From the NCBI GenBank assembly GCA_973851085.1, contig OZ316776.1, positions 11,036,001-11,100,000 of the forward strand: 64,000 nt of DNA, written 5' to 3'. Position 1 is the first letter of the stretch. The number at the start of each line of letters is the position of its first letter. Origin of the DNA: Ptychomitrium polyphyllum (lineage: Eukaryota). Under the pieces are notes generated by a model that saw nothing but the letters and a program-made list of their open reading frames with translations, ran no database searches and was not told where the DNA came from. A program made the translations under genes and the position numbers. Shown here piece by piece: positions 1-11,237 of the stretch.

Positions 1-7
1 TTAAAGT

Positions 8-429
8 TGTTATGGACAGAGTAACTACAAGACAAGGCTTTAGAATTACATGATGTGGAACAAGAGATGTCCAAAATATATTAGAAGTAAAGAGCTATGA
101 CAAGGTACAGAAGACAATGTCAGAAGGTCCGAATTAGACCACAAGAAATGCGTTGTCGAGACTGAAGATTCCTTCAGCCTTGACTTCTATATATATTAGA
201 ACTACAAGCCTTGAAAGCTTCTTGGAAAGCTTTTCTTACATTGCTTCGTACTCGAGCAACCTTGAGTTGCTTCCTTCGAAGTTTCCTAAGCCAAAGGTAA
301 CTTCTTTGGAAGCTTCCTAAGCCAAAGGTAACTTCTTTGGAAGTTTTCTAAGTCAAGGTAACTTCCTTGGAAGCTTCTTAAACCTTCTAAGAATCTTTCT
401 AGATACTTCTAATATGTATGTCTGTGACA
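8..429 (+). mobile_element. Solo LTR (about 420 bp, family A) of an LTR retrotransposon
   Basis: Starts TGTTATGGACAG and ends TGTCTGTGACA (TG...CA, imperfect terminal inverted repeat). Flanked by a near-TSD AAAGT/AATGT. Homologous copies at 4436-4803 and 15527-15950. Strand is relative only. Confidence 0.75.
278..380. repeat. About 31-bp tandem repeat x3 inside the solo LTR
   Basis: Unit approximately GAAGCTTCCTAAGCCAAAGGTAACTTCTTTG, repeated three times with few mismatches. Confidence 0.85.
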
Positions 430-855
430 AATGTAAGATGGAAATTTAAATTGAATCAAATAAATGATTTAAACACATTAGTATATTCAAAAAACTAATT
501 TGTAATGGTAATAATTTCCACCTACCAATTATTATGGTGGTTCGATAGTACTACCTTTTAAAAATCATAATTGATTCTTATTTTATATATAAATTGTAAT
601 TCCACTTATATTTTTTCAAAACATTAATGCTATTGAAGATTTTGTAAAAGATGTCTTGTAATGTAAGGATGATTTGAATCTTTATTGTAATGGTTGTAGA
701 TTGACTTACCTTACTTTTATTTAAGATAAGCAATGAAAAACGTCTACAGAAGATTTAATAAGATTATAAAAAATTATTAAAAATTTGTAAAAGATTTTTT
801 TATAATTATCTTTCTCATGTATATACATCGTTATAAAAATATTATAGCAATGTTA

Positions 856-925
856 AATACAACTAATAGATTAAAAAAATTAATATACATAATACAACTA
901 ATAGATTAAAAAAATTAATATACAT
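856..925. repeat. Perfect 35-bp tandem duplication
   Basis: AATACAACTAATAGATTAAAAAAATTAATATACAT at 856-890 and 891-925. Confidence 0.9.
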
Positions 926-3900
926 ATTTTTTTAATATAAGTTTTATACAAAATAATTATTTTTATATATCTATTAAAAAATAAAAAATACGTGTTTCAT
1001 TTAAAGGTTTTAAATAAATATAAAATAATTATTGAAATAAAAACGACCACATGTCTTTTATTCAAATATAAAAGGTCACTATACATTTAAGAAATTTAAG
1101 AAATTTGGAATAGAACTTTGCATAAAGGTTATTATATAAGATGCATCACACAATCAAATGATTTCTTAAAATTAGAAAGTTAAACATCATAATTATTTTA
1201 AATACCTTTTCAAATACCAAATAATGATTTTTTTAATTTTTAATTTTTAATTTTAAAAAATAATATTATAGTGGGATAATGAAAATCCATATTTAAACCT
1301 TATTTAAATACTAATTTTGCTAATTTTGACGTTTTATCAATGAAAATCTAACTTTACAAAGAAACTACTAAAATTTAATGCATACTTGTGATTTTTTCCT
1401 CATAAAATTCCAAAAAATCATCACATTACTGTATTTTGAAAATACACAATCTTTTATTTTATAATATATATTGAAACCTGAGATAAGTAACTTTAGTACA
1501 TAATTTGTGAAATTTGTAATCAAGAAAACTGTAAAAATACTATATGTATATAATGATGTTTTATACTTTGCAGAAATTGCAACATGTTAAAAAACAATTT
1601 TATCAGTGACAAAAAGGAATTAAAAAGTCAACAGCAATAAAAGTTATCAAATTCATTGTTAAATATGACAACACACGTTTATAGAAATTACGCATGTTAT
1701 AAGAGTGATAATACATAATTGTAATGTTATTAAATTTCATACAATTGCGTTGATGTTTGCGTAAAGAGGCAATTCACCAAACAGTCTGTTCTTAAAAGAT
1801 ACAAAGAAGAAGGAAATACTAAAAACTGTCACTACCGAATGACTTTATGATTTTGAAAGCTTAGAATGTAGTTATTCCAACTTTTAACATACAAAACTCT
1901 AACTAACAGTTACAGCAATTTGAATATATTCATAATTGATGATGTCCATAATCTACTCCTAAAAACAAGTGCATTACCCCGCTTTACTATTCGTTGCACT
2001 TCTTTCAGTGGGTCAATATCCTAATTCACATGCAAGCAACCTTGTCCACAAGTTTCTCCTTCCATCACCCAACTATAAAACACATGAATAATGAAACGTA
2101 ATAGTAAACCAGGATCGTTCATCAACTGTGGCGGTGGGCCCGGGCATCGTGTAAAAGTCCAACATATACTATCTCCACTTCTGTGCAGCTTTACAAACTC
2201 TTCTATTCCGTCACAACGAAGCAACCTCTTGAAAAGTTGAATGCCTCAGAAATTATTGAACGTATATGCTCTGCTTGTCAGGAATCTCATCCACTGCATT
2301 GTGCCTTTAGTGTTGGGTTTCATCCAACCCCAGAAGGACAGAATTGATGTTGTTGTTGTGTAAGCCATTGTGACCAACTTGCTGTGCTCCAGGCTAATCG
2401 AACAGAGCTTAGAAATCCTCAGTGATGAACATCCAGACTCTGCTGGATGAATAGGTGACGTGGCAATGATCCCAGAGTGCAGACGGGTTTCTCCACACTT
2501 ATTCAATGCTTATCATCACCTGCATTCGATTCGAACTTCATTGACAATGATACTGCAATCATCATATTGATAGTGTGTTTGTTAAGTAGCCTGTGCACGG
2601 TTGTATGTAGCCATAGTGATTAATATTTATGTGATGTTTATGCTTGAGATGATTGGTATTAATGAAAACAAGGTTATCATTAATAAGATGTTGGGATGGA
2701 TTCTAGGGGAGTATTTGAAGGTTAATATAGGTTCTTCACTGTGAATTCAACTCCCTAAAGGTGGTTGTTAGAAGAGTGTTTTTTAATTTTTGGCCTTAGA
2801 CTCATATTTATGAACACTTTTATTACTATATAGTTGGAAGTTATATTCAAAGCAATTTTTCATCCAAAAAATACACCAGTCATCTGTTTGAAGTATTTTT
2901 ATCCTTTTTCATTTGCATTTTTAAAGTACAATGATAACTAACTACAATAATTGTAAAATACCATTTTGTAACACTAACAATGAGCCAAATGATTCTCACT
3001 GGTACAAATGGCCTCTATTTAGCCAAAAAAATGCCACTAATTAAGAAAGCATTGATTATTAATGCTTTACTGGATAATTGAATGGTTAATCATGACTTTT
3101 ATGGTTATGTCAACTATTCCAATTGATCACAATGTTAAAAATGTGAAGTATGATCAACTTTGAAAATTCAAAATAATTGTATGGAAATAGTTCTAAATCA
3201 TCAATCATTGGCATTCTTCAATTATTTAGAATTTTAAAGTTGAGCACTGTGTTATTTATCATATTGTAAATGTATGTTATAAATGAGCCACTCTCTTATA
3301 AAACAATAGCACTCACATGTTACTTATAATGATGTGCATTGTTTATACAATTGTCTTACATTTTACCATATGATGAGGTTTTACATGTAGAGATTTTTTA
3401 AACAATGGAAGTTAATGCGTATTGAAAGCATTCCATGACACACACAACATTCTTTCAAATGACCATTTTAAATACCTTTAAATAATGGAATACTTTTATT
3501 ACTTGAAGGTACAATTTCATTAACAAATCCTTACTTCATTAAAGACTGAAGAAATTTGTGTACCAAACTAAGCCTATGCTTTCATACATTCAATACTACA
3601 TAATTTCACTAGAATTGTAAATGCCTTGGAAAAGGACGTATATGCACAAGCATTTCCAAGTAGCTGCCTTCAAAACAAGGTACAGCTCATGACATGAACA
3701 TTATTGTTTCTATTTGGAGAACTTTAATTTTAAATAAAAAGGGCCCTAAAAGGGATTATTTTAATGAAAAGCTAAATTATATGAAGCTGAAGATAAGTAA
3801 TCATATGTATTTGAGGATTCATGCATCCGAAAATTTATCCTCATGAAAGGTTAGTATATGAAATCAAGTTTACATTCCTATGTCCAAATTTATACCCTGG

Positions 3901-4183
3901 AAGCTGAGTGCACACCCATAGTTTCTTTTGTTTTAAAAATATAGCCCAAGTTTATGCATAAGATTGCTGGAATTTTTTTGCATATTCTTTAAACATGCAA
4001 TTGCTTTGAAAGTTTGAACACAAGAAAACACTTAAAAATGATAAAGAAATAAGTGGTATTGTGTAACTTTGCTTCCCACTTTTGTAGATATTGTTTTGTG
4101 TGAAATGGATAAATGATATATTTGGATTTTGAAGATTCTACAATCTATTTATATAGCTTATATAGATGTAGAACAAATCAAAT

Positions 4184-4413
4184 GATGTTGTTATTAAATT
4201 TGGAATTTTCCATGAATTGTGGACTGCCAATTTTATGGAAAGATGCCTCCATCACAATGGAATTATTGTCCCAGTTCTTGATCTTCATGATTATTGGTTC
4301 AATAAGAGTAATTGCAAATAGTTAGAACAGTAAATTCCATTGGAATGGAGGCATTTTTCTATAAAATTGGCACTCCACAATTCAATAAAAATTCCAAATT
4401 TTATGACAACATC
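4184..4413. repeat. Long imperfect inverted repeat / fold-back (MITE-like)
   Basis: Arm 4184-4270 (GATGTTGTTATTAAATTTGGAATTTTCCATGAATTGTGGACTGCCAATTTTATGGAAAGATGCCTCCAT...) is the imperfect reverse complement of 4325-4413 (...ATGGAGGCATTTTTCTATAAAATTGGCACTCCACAATTCAATAAAAATTCCAAATTTTATGACAACATC). Spacer about 55 bp. Confidence 0.85.
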
Positions 4414-4435
4414 GTATTCATATGTATGAAATATG

Positions 4436-4803
4436 TATTACAAATAGAATAATAATAAAGAAAGGCTTCAAACTTCAAGATATGAAATAAGATATTTCCA
4501 AAGATATATTAGAAACAAAGAGCTATAATATGATACAAAGACAAGACTAGGACATTTGAACTAGATTACAAAAGATACGTTGTCGAGACTAAAGATCTCT
4601 TCAATATTGACACTTATATATTCTATGAATGCTAGCCTTGAAAGCTTCTTGAGAAGCTTTCAATACAATGCTTTGTATTCAAGCAATCTGGGATTGTTTC
4701 ATTGGAAATTTTTTTAACCAAAGTAACTTCTTTCAAAGTTTTTTTGAACTTTTTAAATCTTCTAAGAACCTTTTTAGAAGCCTTTAAATATATGTCCATG
4801 ACA
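4436..4803 (+). mobile_element. Degenerate solo LTR, family A
   Basis: Colinear with 8-429 (shared CGTTGTCGAGACT, AGCCTTGAAAGCTTCTTG). Ends TATGTCCATGACA. Near-TSD ATATG/ATGTG. Confidence 0.7.
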
Positions 4804-7794
4804 ATGTGAATGTTTCATTGTGAACAACTACTTTTGGATTCAAAAAATTGTGGTTTGTATAAAAAATATTAATTATGATAAATATTGTAATTTGGTCATG
4901 AAAGAAAGATGAAATAATTAACATCATTTTATTTTTAAAAAATTTACAAATGATATTTTTAAAGGAAGATATTGATGAAGAATCAATATTATACTTAGCA
5001 TAAAATAATAGGATAGATTTTGTTTTTTATTAAATGTTCTTTTATTGTAGGAAGTATTGAACATATAAAATAATATTCTCTTTAAGGATATTTTAATAGT
5101 AAGTGAAGAATATAAAGGTTTTTTCATGAAATAAATGGATATTAATAAAATTAAGTATAGATTTTTTTAAACAAAATAATCAAAACAGCATTTTTCATTT
5201 TATTTCAAAAATAACTTGATAAATGGCTTTGAATTTCAATTGCAAAGAATTGAAGTGGGCCAATTGTGCAAAAACTTCTTATTCATTCAATAAATAATAT
5301 AAAAAAGCTTTCATGTAACTATTTTCAAAATTATCACAAATATGTATTAATATGATGTAAATAAACAATCATTGAAATATTTTGTTAAATTTTTTTATAT
5401 ACCATTAATAAATATTATTCTTATACATTCTTCAAACCAATAGATTTAAAGCCTAAAATTTAATGAATGATCATTATATAATACAAGGTAAACAAATACT
5501 TATTATGAATTTTTTTATCGATTTTGATAAAGCTAAAATAGAGACGTTTCCAAATTAATTAAATAAATGTATATTTCTTTTTTTCCAAATTTTCAAATGC
5601 TCTCAATGTTTAAGAAATTTATGAAGGTACTTTTTATTAGAAGAAATAAGAAATTTATAGTATTAAAATTTTTACATTTGAAGCTAAAATCTAAATTTTT
5701 AGTACATCATAACATGTCTAAAGTTATATCATGTAAAATTATATCCTTGATAAAATTATAAGATATTTTGATTCCAACATTAGGTGGTTGTGATAAAATT
5801 ATAATTCCACCACTGTTTAAAGTTATAACCTTTTTAAAGTACCATATGAAATTGGTTCTAAGGCTATAATTTTGAAGTTTAAAGTTATACAATATTTGTA
5901 ATTAAATTATTAATAGAACAATAATTTTAAAACCAACTGTTAAATTGAAGATGCTAAGTTTGTAAAGCCTAGTGATTAAAATACTTTTATTTGGTTAAGT
6001 TTTAAAAGAAATTATTCAATTTATTTTAAATGTATTTACGAATTTTAGCTTTATAATCCATCAAAATTATATTTTCAATAACTTTTAACATAATTACAAT
6101 TTACTAAGTTTTTAATTTTTTACTCTTTTATAGAAGCAAAGTTTCTTATATGAATAATATTATGGTTTAATAGAAGCGTTATGAGATTGTTTTAGAGACA
6201 ATTCAAAAACAAATCAATAAGTTGAAATCTTATTTAATTAAATGTTTTTCATTTTATGCTTTTAGTTAATCATTTCGAAGTTTGTAAAATAATGAGTTAT
6301 TTGTATTTATCATATAATTGTAAACATTATTTCTTCAAAAATAAAATTTAAAGATATTTTAATACTTGATTCAAATGTATAAATATCATCCAAAATTCAT
6401 TGTCTACAACTTTCATTTGTATGCCAATATCACATTCTTTAGTAATTCTTTATTTAAAAAAAATACCAAAATTACAATTTCATTGTCCAAACCTTCTTCC
6501 ATTTAAGATTGAAATAATTTATGAACAAAGTCACCAAATTAGACTCATCTCTTCATGCATTCACTACCACATGCTTTCATTAACATTTATTAATAATTTC
6601 TCATTTGCTAAGATGCAAGTAAGCAGCTTCAATTGCTGAAGCATGTTACTAATATTGAAAACCATGTCTAGAACACATTCTCAACTAAATTTTCATAACT
6701 GCCCGAAATAGGCTATGACGGATAAAACCACTTAAAACTTGTATCCAAATACACTTGTTGTTTTCAAACAAGCTGGGACAAGATTTTAGGTCTTGCCCAT
6801 CTTTCCCTAGCAAAAAAAGTTTTAAAAACGAGTTAAAATGACTCAGATCACACGAGCGCCTCAAATTTTTTAAGGGTTCATTCACTTCCAGCATGCAAAA
6901 GGTCGTCACCCAAGTTACACGGCTGAGGCAACTCACTTGGGTAAGAATTAACTGGAGCAGAGGACAACTAGTTTTTGAGTACGTAGGGTACACCAACAAG
7001 CAAGTTTTGTATGAATCAGAGCATTACAACTAGAGTACTTCCAAAAATTATTTTGTTACAGCACCTCGTCACTTCATCACTTCAAAAATTTCAAAAGTTA
7101 AAAGTACAAAATGTATACAGGATAAACTGACGATCTGTCGATGCGAACATCCCAATGGTAACCAATCTGAAAGCAACACATAAGAGGTGAGAGCAGTGCC
7201 TCATTGCAGTAAATAAAGACAGGATTTGCTGCACGTGGAAGTAAAAAAGTTTATGAACAGGTCTTGTAAAGTAAGTCTGGAACGGGTGAACCAAATGCTG
7301 AACAGCAGCATCAGGTAATGACCAAAAAGTTGTAGGTGAGCAGCTTCCTTGCCATTTGATCAAAAGCATCTGGAAATCGCAAAATTAAAATCCATCTCAT
7401 ATGTATTTCCAACTTCAAGAGCTGAGAGATTTGCACTCATCATACTTTTGCACCACTATAGAGGAGAATCAAACATGTTTTGATTACATAATGATTCCAC
7501 ACCTACAGGTACATGTGAACCACCGTTCTCTGTGAGGTCCGCACGTACACTCCAACCAGTTTCTGCTTCAAAGCATTTGAACCTCCAAATGGTCACAAAT
7601 CTCGAAGTCTCGACCTTAAGCTATAGTTCCTCGATTTCACCAATTATGCCACATCTATCTTATGAGCACATCATGCCAATAACACCTCTTTTCAGTAATA
7701 GGCTGTTTACGTCACCACAAGGGTCTCACCGCAACACATACCACCAAGTGGACAGGTTGACAATTATTTTGCAGCTCGTTTTCTGTTTCAATGG

Positions 7795-10392
7795 CTATGC
7801 TTGGGCACGTTGCTGAGGTTTGCTCTACACACACCAGAACCAAACAACATTACTGTTATTTGTAAAGACCCTGATATCAAATGAAGACACATCACAAAAG
7901 CAAAGGGTGCTCAGGTTTGCAACATGTAAAGCTATGGGATTCTCTAGTAAGTCTCAATCCGCGAGCCAAAGATGCGCGACTATTTGCAACAAGTCAAGCA
8001 CCTTCCTATCAAAACTTGAACTCTCGATGTTAGATCGATGTGATTTTGATCCGCTGGGTCGGTCCCATTCACATCGACCTAAAAGCGTTTGGTGGAGACA
8101 GCCTACCAATCTCTCGTGATCACCCATGATCTCCTCTATCAGCTCCCTCAGTGGTTTGTGGCTGTTCTTCGGCACATGTGCAGCAAATGCGGTTCCTGTC
8201 AGACCTACCACAACCAGAAGCAGAAAAAATTATTACATTCGAACAACAGGTGTTGCTATCATTTGACTCATCACCTAATTTACTCTGCATAATGTCCATC
8301 AGATTTTGTAAGTTACACGCTTCAATTAAAAATCCATCACTACAAGTCTAGCAAGTACACGAACTCTACTATTTGTTGGATACATTACATTTTTGCTCTT
8401 GGACAAAGAGGATGCCCTAAAAGGACACATCACTATGTCACGGATGTATGAAGTATCATCTTAATAAACTAGTATCAGACTATCTCAATCGAGTTGCGTG
8501 TATGTTGACAACATGCACAACAGGGGAAAGGCAAGAATTAAACCAGCTTCAGGAAAAGCACGAACGACCATCATGAGTTCTTCTCCACTCAATCCTGACA
8601 AGAAGCAAATGGGCGGCACACCGCTCGCTGCCTGCAAGAGCACGTTAATTTCCACTGTAAGTTGAATCCAACATGTTGCATGCATCAACGTAGCCTTTAA
8701 CGCGACCTATACATTAGTTCAACGATGAGTTCCAAATAGCTAGCTTCTCCTGCACAAAAGTGTTGATTTGTATGGAACCTGGATGACATAAAACAACAAG
8801 GGAACAAATCTGGCACCTTACCTTCACTTGAGACAGATCTGGCTGTGTGGAATTTAGTGCTTCATTCAAAGTGCCATTCACCATCTCATCGGTACATAGC
8901 AGCACCTGTATAATCGAATGTGCAATCACCGACAATTGAGAACGGATCCTTGGACCTTCAACCATGTGGTCAATCATGACAGCACATGACTTGTCAAGAT
9001 GGAAAGGTTGAAAAGCACTAAGCAGCAAGATAATCTAGAAGAATAGAGATTGACCTGCATGAAGTCTCCACTCATATCTTTGATCATTTGTAAGGCCTGC
9101 AGGGACACTAAGAAGTCACTGGTCACTAGTACTGTTACGGAAATGACTGAGAACAAACAAGACAACCACCGCTACGCTCGTCATAAAAGCTCCATGTTTC
9201 TGTCATTACATAAAGTTTCATCGTAAACAACTCTTTATCAAAATGTTATAGATTCATCCCTAGATAAAGGATGTGAAGTATATTCGAAACTCCTGTCAGG
9301 CTTTGCGCCGATTAAGTTATGCTTTGCCAATGCCTCGTTATTCATTACATCTACGACCATGTGCACCAGTATGATTCATCACAGCTTGACTGCTACCTAC
9401 GTGTGAAACTTTGAAGACAACGAGAAGCAAATATCAAGTCAGAGGCCTACCGTTGCAACTTCATCGTCCCCAAACCCTAGCAGCAACATGGCCTGAAAAA
9501 GATCGTCCACACAGAAATATTTCCTCAACAACCAATTCCGGAGGATAAAAGAGCTCAGAAAAACAACCGAAGTTTCCCCAGAAGTCTGGGTAAACTGTAT
9601 CTCTATCACATGTGTCATAAGAATTTGAGAACAAAACTGTGCTTGACAATGCAGACAACCTGCTTTGTTGCCAGCAGACGCGGAAAGAAGAGGGATGACT
9701 TACTTACTGGAGGACCGAATCTAGGATCATCCTCGTTGATTGGAACGAACTTGCTGTCCTCTAAAATCTCCTGCGGCACCCCTGAAATTTGAAACCCTCG
9801 GATTACTCACAGCACACGAAATGTACCGCGAGTTGCTTCCCAAGCAACTAAGAGCCCTAACTGGTAATTTCAAAGTGAAAAACGCCACCAAGAGAATTCA
9901 TATCCTGATCTTGACAAATCCCCCACCCACCACATTCACTGACAAGATGCGAGCGAGTGTTGAACACAGAGGAGTAAGCTACAAAACATGACAGTTGAAG
10001 TAAATGGAATGACTGATTATACTAGAAAAAGGCAAATCTAGTGATATAATAGCAGTCTGCCTATGACATAATATGGAATGCATTGTATTTTGGTTAAGCT
10101 AGCCAAAAACTCCATTGAAACCAATACCATATCATAGCACACTCTTTAGAACCTGAACTACACCTTCTTGAGAAGCCATAATTCGGGTCATCCGCCATGT
10201 CTTAGGAGCACACTGCTTCTGCCATTGCTTCGTAACGGAAAAATTGCCGGACATGCACGACAAGCAATGAAGCGACGGATATCCGGCCTGCCCAGATATC
10301 CCAATTCGCTGCCTAACACATGATGCACGGACGGTAGATGATGTAGTGGGAACTACTGCGACCGCAACGGAGATTGACGAACACGCTGACAT
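7795..10392 (-). CDS. Plastid-targeted DUF3783-like protein (about 228 aa, 8 exons)
   Basis: Phase-consistent GT-AG exons 10392-10164, 9781-9708, 9492-9451, 9096-9055, 8905-8822, 8631-8544, 8204-8107, 7824-7795. Ser/Thr/Arg-rich transit-peptide-like N-terminus, then EDSKFVPINEDDPRFGPPAMLLLGF...PPICFLSGLSGEELMMVVRAFPEAGL...FAAHVPKNSHKPLRELIEEIMGDHERL, matching my recollection of the plant DUF3783 family. A 5'UTR intron is likely (acceptor near 10426, donor near 10700). Confidence 0.8.
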
Positions 10393-11237
10393 CGTGAAGA
10401 AGGAAGCTCGTCCACGAGCCCACACCTGAAAACCTAGCTGCATTTAGTGCATTTGCAGCTTGTCAATAAACAGAGCAGTGTAACGCCATCGTCCCCCAAC
10501 AAAAGCCGGACGATTAGACAACACGACTGTCCTACGCAACAAAAGGTTCTACTGGAAGACTGGCTGCAAAACGAGTAATAGCATTCTCAAAACACCCTCT
10601 AACTAGATTGAGTGAACTAATTGAGACTGATTAAAGAGTCATGTCACCCAACCCTTCCCTGCAATCCATCATCTTCAAAGAAACTGACGCCACAGTCACT
10701 CACTAAAACTCAGATTTCTACTCCAGGATACCACAAAACCACAAAAATTCCAAGAAATATTTCTCCACCTCGACCGAATGTGGGCGCCTGAAAGAAAAAC
10801 TACCACTGCAGTGACCCTAGGAGAGGAAGTCTTTCGAATGCTCAAAGGCTTTTCGAGGCCCACCTCTTCTGGAACAGAAGGATAAGAAGCTGCGAAGCAG
10901 GAAAGCGAGCCCATTTCTGAGTTGCCCTTTAACCGTGGTCCTCGAATCCTGTCGGTTGAGCAGGGCACTCTGTTTCCTATGGCTCGTGAGCGGCCTCCTT
11001 CCTGTGTTTTCCTTCGTCTGGGTACGTTTTGAGGAATTTCATCTTTTACTCGTGAGCGTTATGATTCAGGCCTGTGCTCAGTCAAGGTTCCCGTTTTATA
11101 TGAGTGAGCTGGGAGGACCATGTGAACTTCGAGAGAGAATTGAGATCGCAGCTTTCATGCTATCCGTGTTTGGAGCTGCTGGGATCCGCTTGGCTCCTGA
11201 TCTGTACACAACATGTAGGCGGTTGCGGGATTTTAAA

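Noticed and set aside
278..380. Regularly spaced ~31-bp repeats as a CRISPR-like array
   Set aside because: No unique spacers, eukaryotic context, located inside an LTR.
1900..3960. Possible helicase/TE coding relics (for example SFQGINLD, AYTSFSK on the minus strand)
   Set aside because: Matches are too short and their spacing does not fit; cannot be supported without a profile search.
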